From contig NC_087252.1 of the NCBI RefSeq assembly GCF_037042905.1, positions 12,960,001 through 13,024,000 on the forward strand: 64,000 bases of DNA. Direction: 5' to 3'. The notes beneath the pieces are model-generated. The model saw only the letters and a program-made list of their open reading frames with translations. It was not told where the DNA came from and searched no databases. Of this stretch, positions 50,801-62,558 are shown piece after piece. This stretch comes from Lytechinus pictus (Eukaryota). A program made the position numbers and the translations under genes. Positions within the stretch are counted from its first letter, which is position 1. Every line of letters begins with the position of its first letter.

Positions 50801-52982
50801 TTTTTTTTGTCTTTAGGCGCCGCTTTTCCGACGACGCACAGTAGGCCGGGGCGAAACAAAAGTACGCCAAAAGTCATTTTGGGCAATTTCAGATTTTTAA
50901 TTTTTGTCATGCCCAGCTGAAAGACAACACTTTGAAGAATACTTCATCAAAATATTTCATTTGGGAATTTGCATAAAGGTTGTTAATTTCCTACCCCAAA
51001 TCGTAAAATGTGACATTTTACGAAATGCCGCGTATATGACAACTTACTTGAAAAACAAACCATTTCACAGGAGGTTTTTCATGTAGGAATCTGAAATGGC
51101 TCCCACATAATCCTGATATATTCTTTTTTAATGTGAAAGGGTTCAAAGTAGATAAAAGACACATTTTAGGAGGTTTATAGGATAATTATTCTTGGAAATA
51201 GGCTGATAATCCATGTTTTTTGCACTTACATGAGAAACGTTTGGATTTCCGTGGATTTCCGTTTAAATTCTATTATGATGATTTCGCCCGATGTCTAAGC
51301 CTTTAAGTCGATACCAAATTTAGCTGCCCGTTTTTGCCCGTTTTCATGTTTAGAGCCGACTTAACTTGAGACATCACCCCCAAAACCTGTTCAAAAACGG
51401 TCATTTTTATACCACGCAGTCATCGCAGCGCACCGTGTTGGGTGTACATTGTCGTTCATTTTTGCAATTTTGCACGGCGGGGACGATTACCCTTCCATTT
51501 CATGAAATTCCGGGCATAATATAAACAAAATGAATGTTGATAACGCATATAAGAGCTACCCAGCCCTCTTCCAGAGATAAAAGTTACTTGTAGAATAATT
51601 TCAGCCAAAAACCCTCCTCATAGTAAAACATTCGTGGTGTTACATACTCTGCGTTTTACCCAAGTCTACTCAGCTTGATAAAGCACGGTTAATATTTTTT
51701 CAGAATTTTAAGTATTTTTACATCTATTGATCATTTTGATGCCATAAAATTATTTTCAGGATCTCATACACACTTTTTAGGCATGTGAGAAGCATAAACC
51801 AACATTCAATCTGGTCAATCTTAAATAAACACATAACACAAAGTTTATATACTGCACATTGTTTAGCGTAATTTGTGTTTTCACAGATAGGTTTTAAGTA
51901 ACCAATTAAAATTTGGTATCAAAGTGACGTCATATGGGCTTTAAATTATGTTCAGTCGATTCTACGCACAAAATTACCCATAATCAACATGTTAAAGTAA
52001 AAATATAATACGGAAAATAATTTTGGCGCACTTTCAACTCATTCTGGCCCACTGTGCGACGGCGGCGGCGTCAACACCAAATCTTAACCGAAGGTCAAGT
52101 TTATGAGCCTAACTTAGACAGTATATGGACCTAGTTGATGAAACATGGATATAAGATTAATCAAGTATTGCTGAACATTCTGCCGGAGTTTCAAATCACA
52201 TGACTAAGGTCAAAGGTCATTTAGGGTCAATGGACTTTGGCCAAGTTGGAGGTATCTGTTGAATTACCATCATAACTTTGAAAGTTTATGGATCTGATTC
52301 ATGAAACGTGGAGACATAAGAGTAATCAAGTATCACTGAACATCCTGTGCGAGTTTCAGGTCACATTATCAAGGTCAATGAACTTTGGCAAAGTTGGGGG
52401 TATCTATTTAATTACCATCATAACTGTGAAAGTGTATTGGTCTAGTTCATGAAACTTGGATATAAGAGTAATTTAGCATCACTGAACATCCTGTGTGAAT
52501 TTCAGGTCACATGACTAAGGTCGAAGGTCAATGAACTTTGGCAATGTTGGGGGTATCTGTTGAATTCCCATCATAACTTTAAAAGTTTATAAATCTGATT
52601 AATGAAACTTTCACATAAGAGTAATCAAGTATCACTGAACATCCCGTGCGAGTTTCAGGTCACATGACTAAGGTCAAAGGTCATTTAAGGTCATTGAACT
52701 TTGGCAATTTTGGAGGTAATTATTAGATTGCTTTAATAACTTTCATAGTTTATAGATATAGTTTATAAAATGTGGATAAAGGGGGAATCAAGTATTACTT
52801 ACAAGTCCTAGGTCGCATGATCAAGGTCAAATGTCATTTATTGTCAATGAACGTAGTATTCTATCATTATATGAATGGTGTTTTTTGTGAATAATTATTA
52901 TATAGTAGTTATCTAAAGCCAGCACTGCTGTTATATTGAATCGCGTGATGCAGTTGAGACTGCCAGAGGTGCTCCACTTGTT
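50801..52982 (+). mobile_element. HINE-like element with ~150-bp tandem repeats (52060-52850), host of the Transib-like insertion
   Basis: Same family as 4001-4838; 3' TGAGACTGCCAGAGGTGCTCCACTTGTT. Confidence 0.65.
50837..52056. mobile_element. Non-autonomous Transib/RAG-like transposon with RSS-like TIRs
   Basis: Left end CACAGTAGGCC..AAAGTACGCCAAAA; right end (reverse complement) CACAGTGGGCC..AAAGTGCGCCAAAA; direct repeat CGACG at 50832-50836 and 52057-52061. Confidence 0.75.
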
Positions 52983-53150
52983 GTTTTTTTCTCTCTCTCT
53001 CTGATTTTGAGGAATTATCCCTCTGAATTCAGTAAATAAAGAGGCTTTAATAGGAGGAAATTATAATTTGTTAACAAATTTTTGGCATTACTCCTTTTTG
53101 TTTAAGATCGGTATGCTCGATCTGTAATGAAAATCATAAGTCAGAAAATA

Positions 53151-53225
53151 TTGGAACCAGTGGGATTCGAACTTGCCATCTACTGTTTTCCGGGCAGCGA
53201 CTTAACCACCAGGCTATTCTGGTTC
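53151..53225 (-). pseudogene. tRNA-like sequence (tRNA pseudogene or SINE head)
   Basis: Minus strand GAACCAG...CTGGTTC 7-bp acceptor stem, TAGCCTGGTGG A box, GTTCGAATCCC B box; T and anticodon stems mismatched. Confidence 0.5.
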
Positions 53226-53755
53226 ACGGCTATTAAAGCCAGGATAAACTGGAATTCAAATACCCTCGATCCTTTTCTTTCTGACTCATCAATATGCATA
53301 TGTCATATTAAATTGAATAAAGTTAAAAATATGTAAAATATGTATGAAAGGAACATGTCAGTGGGGGATCCACGTTCGAGAGGCACAATTTATTTATTTT
53401 ACTTTTTATTGGAATGAGTCATGCAAAGGCAATTGGGGACCTTTTTTGTCAATTTTTTCCTTGAATAAATTATCTCGATTTTGTAGTGAAAATGATGGGT
53501 TTTTAGGTTGGCAAAATTGTTTTTATATTGAAAACTAAGGAAACTGTTACAAATTTGGGTTAAACAAATATAATTTGGCCGCAATGCATAAAAAAATGTA
53601 ATTTATTGGGGAGTGCGCCCTCACCCTTGCTCGGACAACATGTCATCCAGCTAAACCCTTCAAAATTATATCAAATCTGCTGGTGAGAAGTTTTGGTGGT
53701 ATTTTTCATGTGAATAATATTGTTAACTGTAATACATAGATTAAGAATGAACATT

Positions 53756-54554
53756 ATGCCTGCCAAACGTACTCTAGCAACCCCTGAAAAGGGGATATCC
53801 GAACCCCCGAAAAAATCTAGTGCGTCCAGCGGTTCGCACAGCGAAGTTCAACCCGGTGGGTCCGGGGGAGCCGTAGGCGACCAATGTGCTCCAGAGTGGT
53901 TTACTTGCTTTCTTCAGAAGTTCTCAAAGCTGGAAGAAAAAATCGACAACCTTGTGATTATTAAAGAGGCTGGAGGTTATTGCACAAAAGGTCCAGATGA
54001 ATGAGGAGAAAATAGAGGCGTGTTGTGTTCAGCTGAATGAAGTTGTAGCTGAGGTGAGAAAGCTCAGGAGGGAAAAAGAGGAGTTGGACGCAAAGTTAGA
54101 TGATCTCGAGAATAGGGCTAGGAGGAACAATCTTGTCCTACACGGCATCCCTGAGGTAAAGAAAGAAGTTTGTGAGACAACCATTCGAGAGTTCTTGTCT
54201 GGTTTTGTTGGGGTGTCTGAATCTGATTTCACCATTGAAAGATGCCACCGTACCCCTACTGTTAGGCGAGAAGGTCACGATGATTCTAAACCTAGAATTA
54301 TCCATATTGCCTTCACCTCGTATGTGATGAAGGAAAAGGTCAGGAAAGCTAGCATCGCCAAACTCAAAGACGCAGGTCTGTACAAAGGGAGTCGAGTCTT
54401 TGTTTCTGAGGACTTTTCACAAAAAGTACTGAACAAAAGAAGAGAGAAGAAGGAGCAACGACTTCAGTTGAAGGCGGAGGGGAAAAAACCCTTCTTCATG
54501 TACCCGGCAAGACTGGCCTATAGGGATAAGGACGGGAGGCTAATAATTGTCTAG
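53756..54554 (+). pseudogene. L1-type ORF1 (coiled coil + RRM/CTD), one frameshift near 53960-54000
   Basis: LDDLENRARRNNLVLHGIPE...IERCHR...PRIIHIAF...VFVSEDFS. Confidence 0.85.
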
Positions 54555-57500
54555 CCAGCTGGAGTGTAAATCTAAGACTGTCAAGTTCACAGGACTTTTT
54601 ACTGGTTACAAGTAGATTTCTTTTAAATCACCAACTCAAGTTTTACTCTATCTTTCTGTTCTTACATGTGACACCGTAACCATCTAATTCTTTGAATTTT
54701 ACGAGATATGGTTGGATTATTAAAAAAAAATTTTTTTAGAAGATCCCTTTTTTCTAATAAACAAGGCTAACTATATTACTTTCATCAATGTATACCAGCT
54801 AGATTTGGTTTTTTTTCATGCATTTATATATTTTGTTGCTTTCAAACCGTTACACTTGCCAAAACTGTTTTTTTATTTGAAGTTTTGGCACTTTGTGTTT
54901 GCACTCTTTCATCTTCTGCCAGAATGAAAGTTTTGATATTGTTTTATACTTTATTTTTTTCTTGTGACAAGTACAGTATTGAAATTTTTTACAATGTTTT
55001 AAGATTTTTAAAATCTTCTCATGCAATGATGGTTTTAAACCAATATGCCAGGTTAATTGTTCCTATTTGTAAGGGGTCTCCTTTTATCAGTGTTTCTTGT
55101 GAACATTAATGTTACTCAAATTATGTAATTTTAATTGTAGGGGTTTGCAAGATTTTGTAAAGCGTAGAAAAATATTTCACTTTCTACGTAACATTGATTG
55201 TGATATTATTTTACTTCAGGAAACTCATTGTGGTAAAGATGATGAGAAATTCTGGAAATCGCAGTGGGGTGAGCACTGTTGGTTTACTAACTTCTCTTCC
55301 AATAGTCGGGGCGTTGCAATACTAATACGAAATTCTATCTCAGTGAGAATGAAGTTATCCTTCTATGACCCTCAAGGTAGATTTTTAATTCTGAATTGTT
55401 TTTTGAATGACATACATTTGACTATTGTTAACATTTATGCTCCCAACAACGATGACCCTAATTTTTTTCTAGAGACATTTGCAGAAATGGACAAGTTTGA
55501 AAATTCGTCCTTAATCTTGGGCAGAGACTTCAATGCCACCCTTAGTGATGTAGATTACCAGGGTACAAGACACCGTCACTCTAATGTTAGGGCTAGCAAT
55601 ATAATTTCAGATCTCACGGAAGAATACAACTTAATTGATGTTTGGAGACATTTTCACCCAACACAGCGACATCAAAAGTCACCCCAAGTTCTCTCCAGAT
55701 TGGATTACATTTTGGTTTCTAGTGATTTTATAGGTAACTGCGTTAAGTCGAAAATATCCCCTGGAATCCAATGTGACCATTCCATAGTATCTATACATTT
55801 TAACGATAATAGTCCCAAAAGAGGTAAAGGATATTGAAAGCTTAATTGTTATTATTTACATCATGATGCAGAATATATAAAGTTGATTAAGGAGAAGATC
55901 TCTGAATTTAAAAATATACATAATGATTCTGAATGTAATCCAAACACTCAATGGGATGCCCTTAAATGTGTAATTACTGGTTGCAGTATGGAATACTTTG
56001 CCAGGAAAAAGAAAGGAAAAAGAAAAGGATCATCTCAATAATGAAATTGAGATAATGAAGTCTCAACTAAGTGAAATTGTCTCCAAGAATAAACAACTTT
56101 TAGCAAATAAAGCTGATCTGGAAGATAAATTGGATAAATTATATGATTTCGAGACAAAAGGTTTGATAATCAGATCCAGGGTCAGATGGTTAGAAGAAGG
56201 AGAAAAGAATTCAAAATATTTTTGTAATCTAGAAAATAGATCTTGGCAGAAAAAAAAACTATCAATACAATCAAGGATGGAAAGGGAAAGTTGTCTTCTG
56301 ACCCAGATAAGATATTAAAAGAAATTCATGACTTTTATGAAAACTTGTATAGTTATTCCCAACACCAGAATAGCTCAGATGATAATTTCCAAGTTCTATT
56401 TAATAAGATAAATATTCCTAAATTAACAGATAGTGAAAAAGAATTATTAGAAAAACCACTTTCAAAACAAGAGATAGTTGATGTTATTATATCTATAAAA
56501 ACCAACAAAGCCTCTGGCTTTGATGGTCTTCCTATTGAATTTTACGTAGCGTTTTGGCCGGATATATGTGATATGTAATTAGATTCTTTTAATTTTTCTC
56601 TACGAAGTGGGATGGTGTCATTATCACAAAGAAATGGTATTATAACCCTCCTTCCAAAAAAAAACAGGGATGACCTTTTGATTAAAAACTACTGGCCTAT
56701 TACGCTTTTGACGGTTGATTATAAAATATTGGCAAAATGTCTGGCAGAACGTATTAAACGTTTTATCAATTGTCTTATTCATACTGATCAATCTGCTTTT
56801 TTAAGAGGTAGAAACATAAGTCATAATGTACGTTTAATATTTGATATCATAGAGTACACTGAAGCAAATAATATGCCAGGAGCTATACTATTACTTGATA
56901 TTGAAAAGGCTTTTGACAGTGTAAATCATAATTTCCTTTTTCAGACTTTCAAACAGTTCAACTTTGGGGACAACTTTTTATCTTGGATAAAGACTCTTTA
57001 TAAGGAACGTACTTCTTATGTACTAAATAATGGCTTTTTGACTAATCGCATTTCGATGCAACGAGGTAATTTGAATGGGATGAAGATACAAGATCATGAA
57101 GTTAAAATTTCTTTATTTGCAGATGATTCTGTTTGTTTTATAGATGGGTCCAGAAAGTCATTTGATTCATTGTTTGATGTTTTGTACCAATTTGGGAAAT
57201 ATTCTGGATGCAAGTTGAATTTATCTAAGACTGAAGCAATTTGGATTGGGTCAAAGAAAGGGTGCCAAGACTTCCCCATGAGTAATCAAGGAATTACTTG
57301 GAGAAACTCTACATTTAAGTCTTTAGGGATAAATTTTTCATTGGATTTGAGTTTGATATTTGATCTTAATTATAAAGAAAAACTTAAGCAAATGACACAG
57401 ACCATAAATTGGTGGCGGATGAGAAATCTATCTCTTATTGGTAAAATTTGTGTGATCAAGTCTTTATTCTTGCCTCAACTAATTTATCTGTTGTCTGTGT

Positions 57501-58071
57501 TAAGTATAAAAACACCCCCAAAATATTTTAATGAATTAAATAGTCTTTTTTTTTCAAGTTTATTTGGAATGGTGGAAAAGATAGAGTCAAAAGAAAATAT
57601 ATGTATAGTGATTACATTCAATGTGGCCTAAAAATGATTGATCCTTGGGTTTTTTCTTTTGCTCAGAAAATGTCTTGGGTGAAACTTTTACTTAAAGTGA
57701 TTGGTTAACATTGGGTTGACTTTAAAAAAATCTGAGCTCGAAGGTCACACTTGTCACCTGTGTCTGTGATATGTTACGAAAATGAAGCACAGAAAAAACT
57801 GCGTTTGAAAATTATTATTTAGTGCTTCAAAAATTGAAATATAAAGTGACCGGAAACACCATCTTAATTTCATCCCATACACTTATGTGTACTATTTAGA
57901 CGTCTATAAGATGCATATTTACAAAATCGCGGTTTGCCTTGTAGTTTTAGCTTTTCATTCTCAATAATGGTTGTTTTCAGGGTTTATTAGTTCTAATACA
58001 TGCATTTGTACACATGTTTCATCTTGGTTTGAGAATTTTTTAAATCGGCTGCTCACAAAGTTAAACAATAC

Positions 58072-61000
58072 TGTGGCGTAACCGAGCTCTGTCGGGGTAG
58101 CGTTCTGCCGTCTCGCAGTCTCCAGAACCCGGTCCACGCTTCTCCTCACGTTTATATATCTTTTGGGGCAGGTTCGCTCACAAAAGTATATTGTGCAACG
58201 TGGTACACTCTCTCGCTCCTCTGAAATACACCGAATCACCCGCTCACTCACCCTAAATCATGCAAATGAAGCAACTTGGGAGATATTCAATATACAGTTC
58301 AACTTGATTTATTCGGAGCTTACATCTTACAACCGCACGCCACCGCAGCTCCCAGCGAACTCACGTACTTCTCCAATAATTTCAAAGCATATCACAACTA
58401 AAATATCGCCCTCTATGATTAAACTATGAAATACATGTTAAAGGTATATCTCATTATGCTACACAGCCCCTCCCCAAGTCTGGGCTGTCCTCGGACCAGG
58501 TATTAACAACAAAGCATAAACATGAATTTCTTTAAATGTTATCTCGCTCTTCCCAAGAATTATAGAAAACATTAAAACAATGTTAAAAATATACAGGTAT
58601 ATACATTGGCATTGTACATAAAGGAAGTACCGTTCTTAACAACCAAAATAATCTATATACAGAAATAGATAGAAAGAGTAAAGAGAGTAGCATTGAGATC
58701 AGGAAAATGTCAAGAGAATTACATAAGAAAGGTTAGAAAATAGGAAAAGGAAACATGGAAGCAAAAAATATAAAGAATACATCAAGGCATAAAACAACAT
58801 GTTGAATACAAAATTCAAATGCGTCAGAGTCTGACTGTTTCTGGCACAAAGTAATATAAAGCGAAAGTTCTGTCCAATATCTATTCTGCGGATTTCTATT
58901 ATAGTGCTAGAGGATTCCTTCTTGGGAGTTTCTTCAAGGCGCATGTCTAGAACTACTTTTCATCATCTCGATCTCTCTCTACAAAGACTTCTTTGGAGGC
59001 CAAGGCGTTACCCTGTCGTAACAATCAGCGGATGTGCATCCAACGCAATTCCTTCGAACTATCTATCTGAAGAACAACATCACATGCCAGGTTACATTCC
59101 GACCTTGGTCACACTCCTACTTCCTGAAGAGTATGTCTTGCTTCATCTCCAGCTGTGCATCCTCCAATATGACTTCTCCACACTAGACTTTGAAGCCACC
59201 GTTGACCAATCGGGCCGGTCGACTGACTGATGCTCTGCTTCCAAGATCTACCTGATCGAAGGTTCTTTCTGTTGGTATCTGCTCATTGCTGATGTCAAGT
59301 TCCACGGTAACCACCCTTGCCTCTGCAAAGATCCAACCAAGTGCCCGATGATCCGTCCTGATCTCCGCCCATAGAAGTTCTGTTGCAGCTCCGAAATACT
59401 ACCATGGCCCATGACTCCTTTTGAGCCCCATAGTAGTTTTTTCTCTGCTTTCTGAATGCAGTACCCCACTAGCATAGGATATGACTTGCTCCTTTCCAAC
59501 ATAGGACAGCTCCAGTTCCCTCGTTGCTAGTATCTGCATATCCAACAAGTACTTCTCTTCGACGTTCAGAGATCCCCATCTCCACGCTGCACTTATCCTT
59601 CAAGGAATTTCATATCCATTCTTCATAGCCACTCGTCGTAGGCGCTATACATTTACATGTATAGGCGCTATCCACGCTGTCGTCTACACACCGACTCAAT
59701 AGGCGCTATTCACCCACGTGTATAGGCGCTATTTCCGCCACACACACTCAAGGCGCCATCTCCGCCACACAAACTCAAGGCGCTCTTCACCAACGTGCAT
59801 AGGCGCTACCTCCGCCACACACACCCAAGGCGCCATTCACCAACGTGCATAGGCGCTACCTCCGCCACACACACTCAATACGCTATTCACCAACGTGTGT
59901 AGGCACTATCTCCGCCACGCACATCCAGGGCGCTATTCACCAACGTGTGTAGGCACTATCTCCGCCACACACATCCAGGGCGCTATTCACCAACGTGTGT
60001 AGGCACTATCTCCGCCACACACACCCAGGGCGCTATTCACCAACGTGTGTAGGCACTATCTCCGCCACACACATCCAGGGCGCTATTCACCAACGTGTGT
60101 AGGCACTATCTCCGCCACACACATCCAGGGCGCTATTCACCAACGTGTGTAGGCACTATCTCCGCCACACACACCCAGGGCGCTATTCACCAACGTGTGT
60201 AGGCACTATCTCCGCCACACACACCCAGGGCGCTATTCACCAACGTGTGTAGGCACTATCTCCGCCACACACACCCAGGGCGCTATTCACCAACGTGTGT
60301 AGGCACTATCTCCGCCACACACACACAGGGCGCTATTCACCAACGTGTGTAGGCACTATCTCCGCCACACACACCCAGGGCGCTATTCACCAACGTGTGT
60401 AGGCACTATCTCCGCCACACACACCCAGGGCGCTATTCACCAACGTGTGTAGGCACTATCTCCGCCACACACATCCAGGGCGCTATTCACCAACGTGTGT
60501 AGGCACTCTCTTCTTGCCTCTCTCCAGGCTCCCTTCATCTGCGCTATCCACGCTGTCGCCAACACACACACTCCGGTTGCTATTCACCAACGTGCATAGG
60601 CGCTCTCTTCTTGCCTCTCTCCAGGCAATCTTCATAGGCGATATACGTGGCGCTCCCTGTAATACAGGCGCCTATAAGTTGTCTGAGCTTCCAATACCAC
60701 GTTGTTCAATCCCACCGCGGCCACCAGTGTGGCGTAACCGAGCTCTGTCGGGGTAGCGTTCTGCCGTCTCGCAGTCTCCAGAACCCGGTCCACGCTTCTC
60801 CTCACGTTTATATATCTTTTTGGGCAGGTTCGCTCACAAAAGTATATTGTGCAACGTGGTACACTCTCTCGCTCCTCTGAAATACACCGAATCACCCGCT
60901 CACTCACCCTAAATCATGCAAATGAAGCAACTTGGGAGATATTCAATATACAGTTCAACTTGATTTATTCGGAGCTTACATCTTACAACCGCACGCCACC

Positions 61001-61119
61001 GCAGCTCCCAGCGAACTCACGTACTTCTCCAATAATTTCAAAGCATATCACAACTAAAATATCGCCCTCTATGATTAAACTATGAAATACATGTTAAAGG
61101 TATATCTCATTATGCTACA
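58072..61119 (-). mobile_element. Non-autonomous LTR retrotransposon (Gypsy-like; 392-bp LTRs)
   Basis: LTRs 58072-58463 and 60728-61119 (TGT...ACA), 4-bp TSD ATAC, minus-strand PBS TGGTGGCCGCGGTGGGA next to the 60728 LTR, PPT GGGGAGGGG next to the 58463 LTR end. Confidence 0.92.
59640..60507. repeat. 50-bp minisatellite inside the LTR element
   Basis: CGCTATTCACCAACGTGTGTAGGCACTATCTCCGCCACACACA[C/T]CCAGGG, about 12.5 near-perfect copies from 59881 plus degenerate upstream copies. Confidence 0.95.
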
Positions 61120-62489
61120 ATACCTTTAATGATAAATATGTTTCAGCATGGAAGTCCATTGAAGTGCTGGCTTTGGAAATATTTCATAAGGATAACAAAA
61201 TTTTATGGAAAGCATTTGCCCCAGAATCAATTTTAAAATCTCTGGAAAACTCTCAAATAGCTGATTCATTGCGAACTTGGTATGTCTATCGTGAATATGC
61301 TACTCTAGAATCATATCACGCTAAATTCTCTGAAATTGGTACTTGTCAGATTTTGTGGTTAATAGACTCGTTCGCTCTAAATCCAAAATGTATTTTTATT
61401 ATGAATCATGGGATACCAAGAACATCTCAAGCATTTCAGATCTATTGAACCCACCCTTACCAAACCATAAATTGTTTGAAGAATTAATTTTAGACTTTGA
61501 CATTCCGAGATCAGATCGAAGAAAATGTAATTGTTTGATCAAACACATTCCAGAGGACTGGTTAGACGTTCCTTTTCTATATAGTGTAAACATTCATGAT
61601 TCCCTAGTTTCCTCGTTACTTGCTATTAAAAAAGTACCGAAGTATGCTTATAAGATAATGAATGTACCTCAGATCCCTGAGAAGAGGTATGATTATTGGA
61701 AAAGTCTCATTACTGTTTGGGAGAAGGTTCATAATGTCAATTTCACTTGTACTATTGACACTAGATTGTGCTCTTTTTATTTTAAAATATTTCATAAAAC
61801 AATAGCATTGAATGATTTTTTATTCAAAATCAATAGAAAGGAATCTCCCAACTGTGTATTTTGTGAAAAGGAAGAAGAAACGATTGTACACTTATTTTGC
61901 GAATGTGAAAAAGTGACTCCACTTTGGAAATATGTTACAAATTCATTAGAACGTAAAGGCAATGTTATTAATCTTACGAATTTTGAAAAACTGTTTGGTA
62001 TAATAACTGATAAGTGTGTAACTTACATTTTATTGATTGTGAAATATTACATATATATTTGTAAATTTAGAGGTGATACTCCAAATGTTGAATTCTTTAA
62101 GAATTTTATCAAATCTCAAAGGGAAACTGAATACTATATGGCCAAAAAAAGAAACAAGCTCGCTTTACATTTTAAAAAATTGAGATTTGAGCTTTGAAGA
62201 AGTTCACTTGTAAAATACGTTGCTTTTTTGTTATACCCCGCAAGTACAGGTTAATATTTTGCCACGGCTCATTACCTGATATAATGGTTGTACGTATGTG
62301 TTCAGACTCTAATTGTTTTAGTTTGTTCTGGATTATGTTACTTGTCACTTTTTTCTTCTTTTTTCTTTATCAATGTTGTTGTTTTATTTTTGTTTGTTTG
62401 TTTACGATCATGTCTAATTATGTAAATATTGTGATTTCCTGTAATTGATTATTTATGAAAACAATAAAAACATAATAAAATAAAAATTT

Positions 62490-62505
<16 letters not shown>

Positions 62506-62550
<45 letters not shown>
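62506..62550. repeat. (TA)n microsatellite at the LINE 3' end
   Basis: Direct reading. Confidence 0.95.

Positions 62551-62558
<8 letters not shown>

Larger units (their letters stand above)
57696..61125. mobile_element. Kolobok-type MITE (~380 bp) inserted in LINE ORF2, itself split by an LTR element
   Basis: TTAA at 57692-57695 and 61126-61129; ends AGTGATTGGTTAAC / GTTAAACAATAC..CT; removing it restores VKLLLNDKY in ORF2. Confidence 0.8.
55109..62197 (+). pseudogene. L1/Tx1 ORF2 (AP endonuclease, RT, zinc knuckle), disrupted
   Basis: NCRGL, LQETH, NIYAPN, SRLDY, DHS (APE); LDIEKAFDSV, FADD (RT); CVFC..ETIVHLFCEC; stops, frameshifts and an insertion. Confidence 0.9.
53608..62505 (+). mobile_element. 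Near full-length L1/Tx1-clade LINE (decayed), with nested insertions 57696-61125
   Basis: ORF1 plus ORF2 (APE-RT-CCHC), poly(A) at ~62489-62505, flanking repeat TAATTTATT at 53599-53607 and 62549-62557. Confidence 0.92.

Noticed and set aside
53151..53225. Functional tRNA gene or tRNA-targeted insertion of the downstream Tx1-like LINE
   Set aside because: T and anticodon stems are broken; it is a single copy about 380 bp from the LINE, so there is no evidence of target specificity.
59640..60507. CRISPR-like regular array
   Set aside because: Units are head-to-tail 50-mers with no unique spacers, lie inside a eukaryotic LTR element, and have no cas genes nearby; it is a minisatellite.
57961..61085. 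Duplicated ORFs MSERVIRC... and ...RGTLSRSSEIH...
   Set aside because: They are incidental translations of the two near-identical LTRs, not genes.
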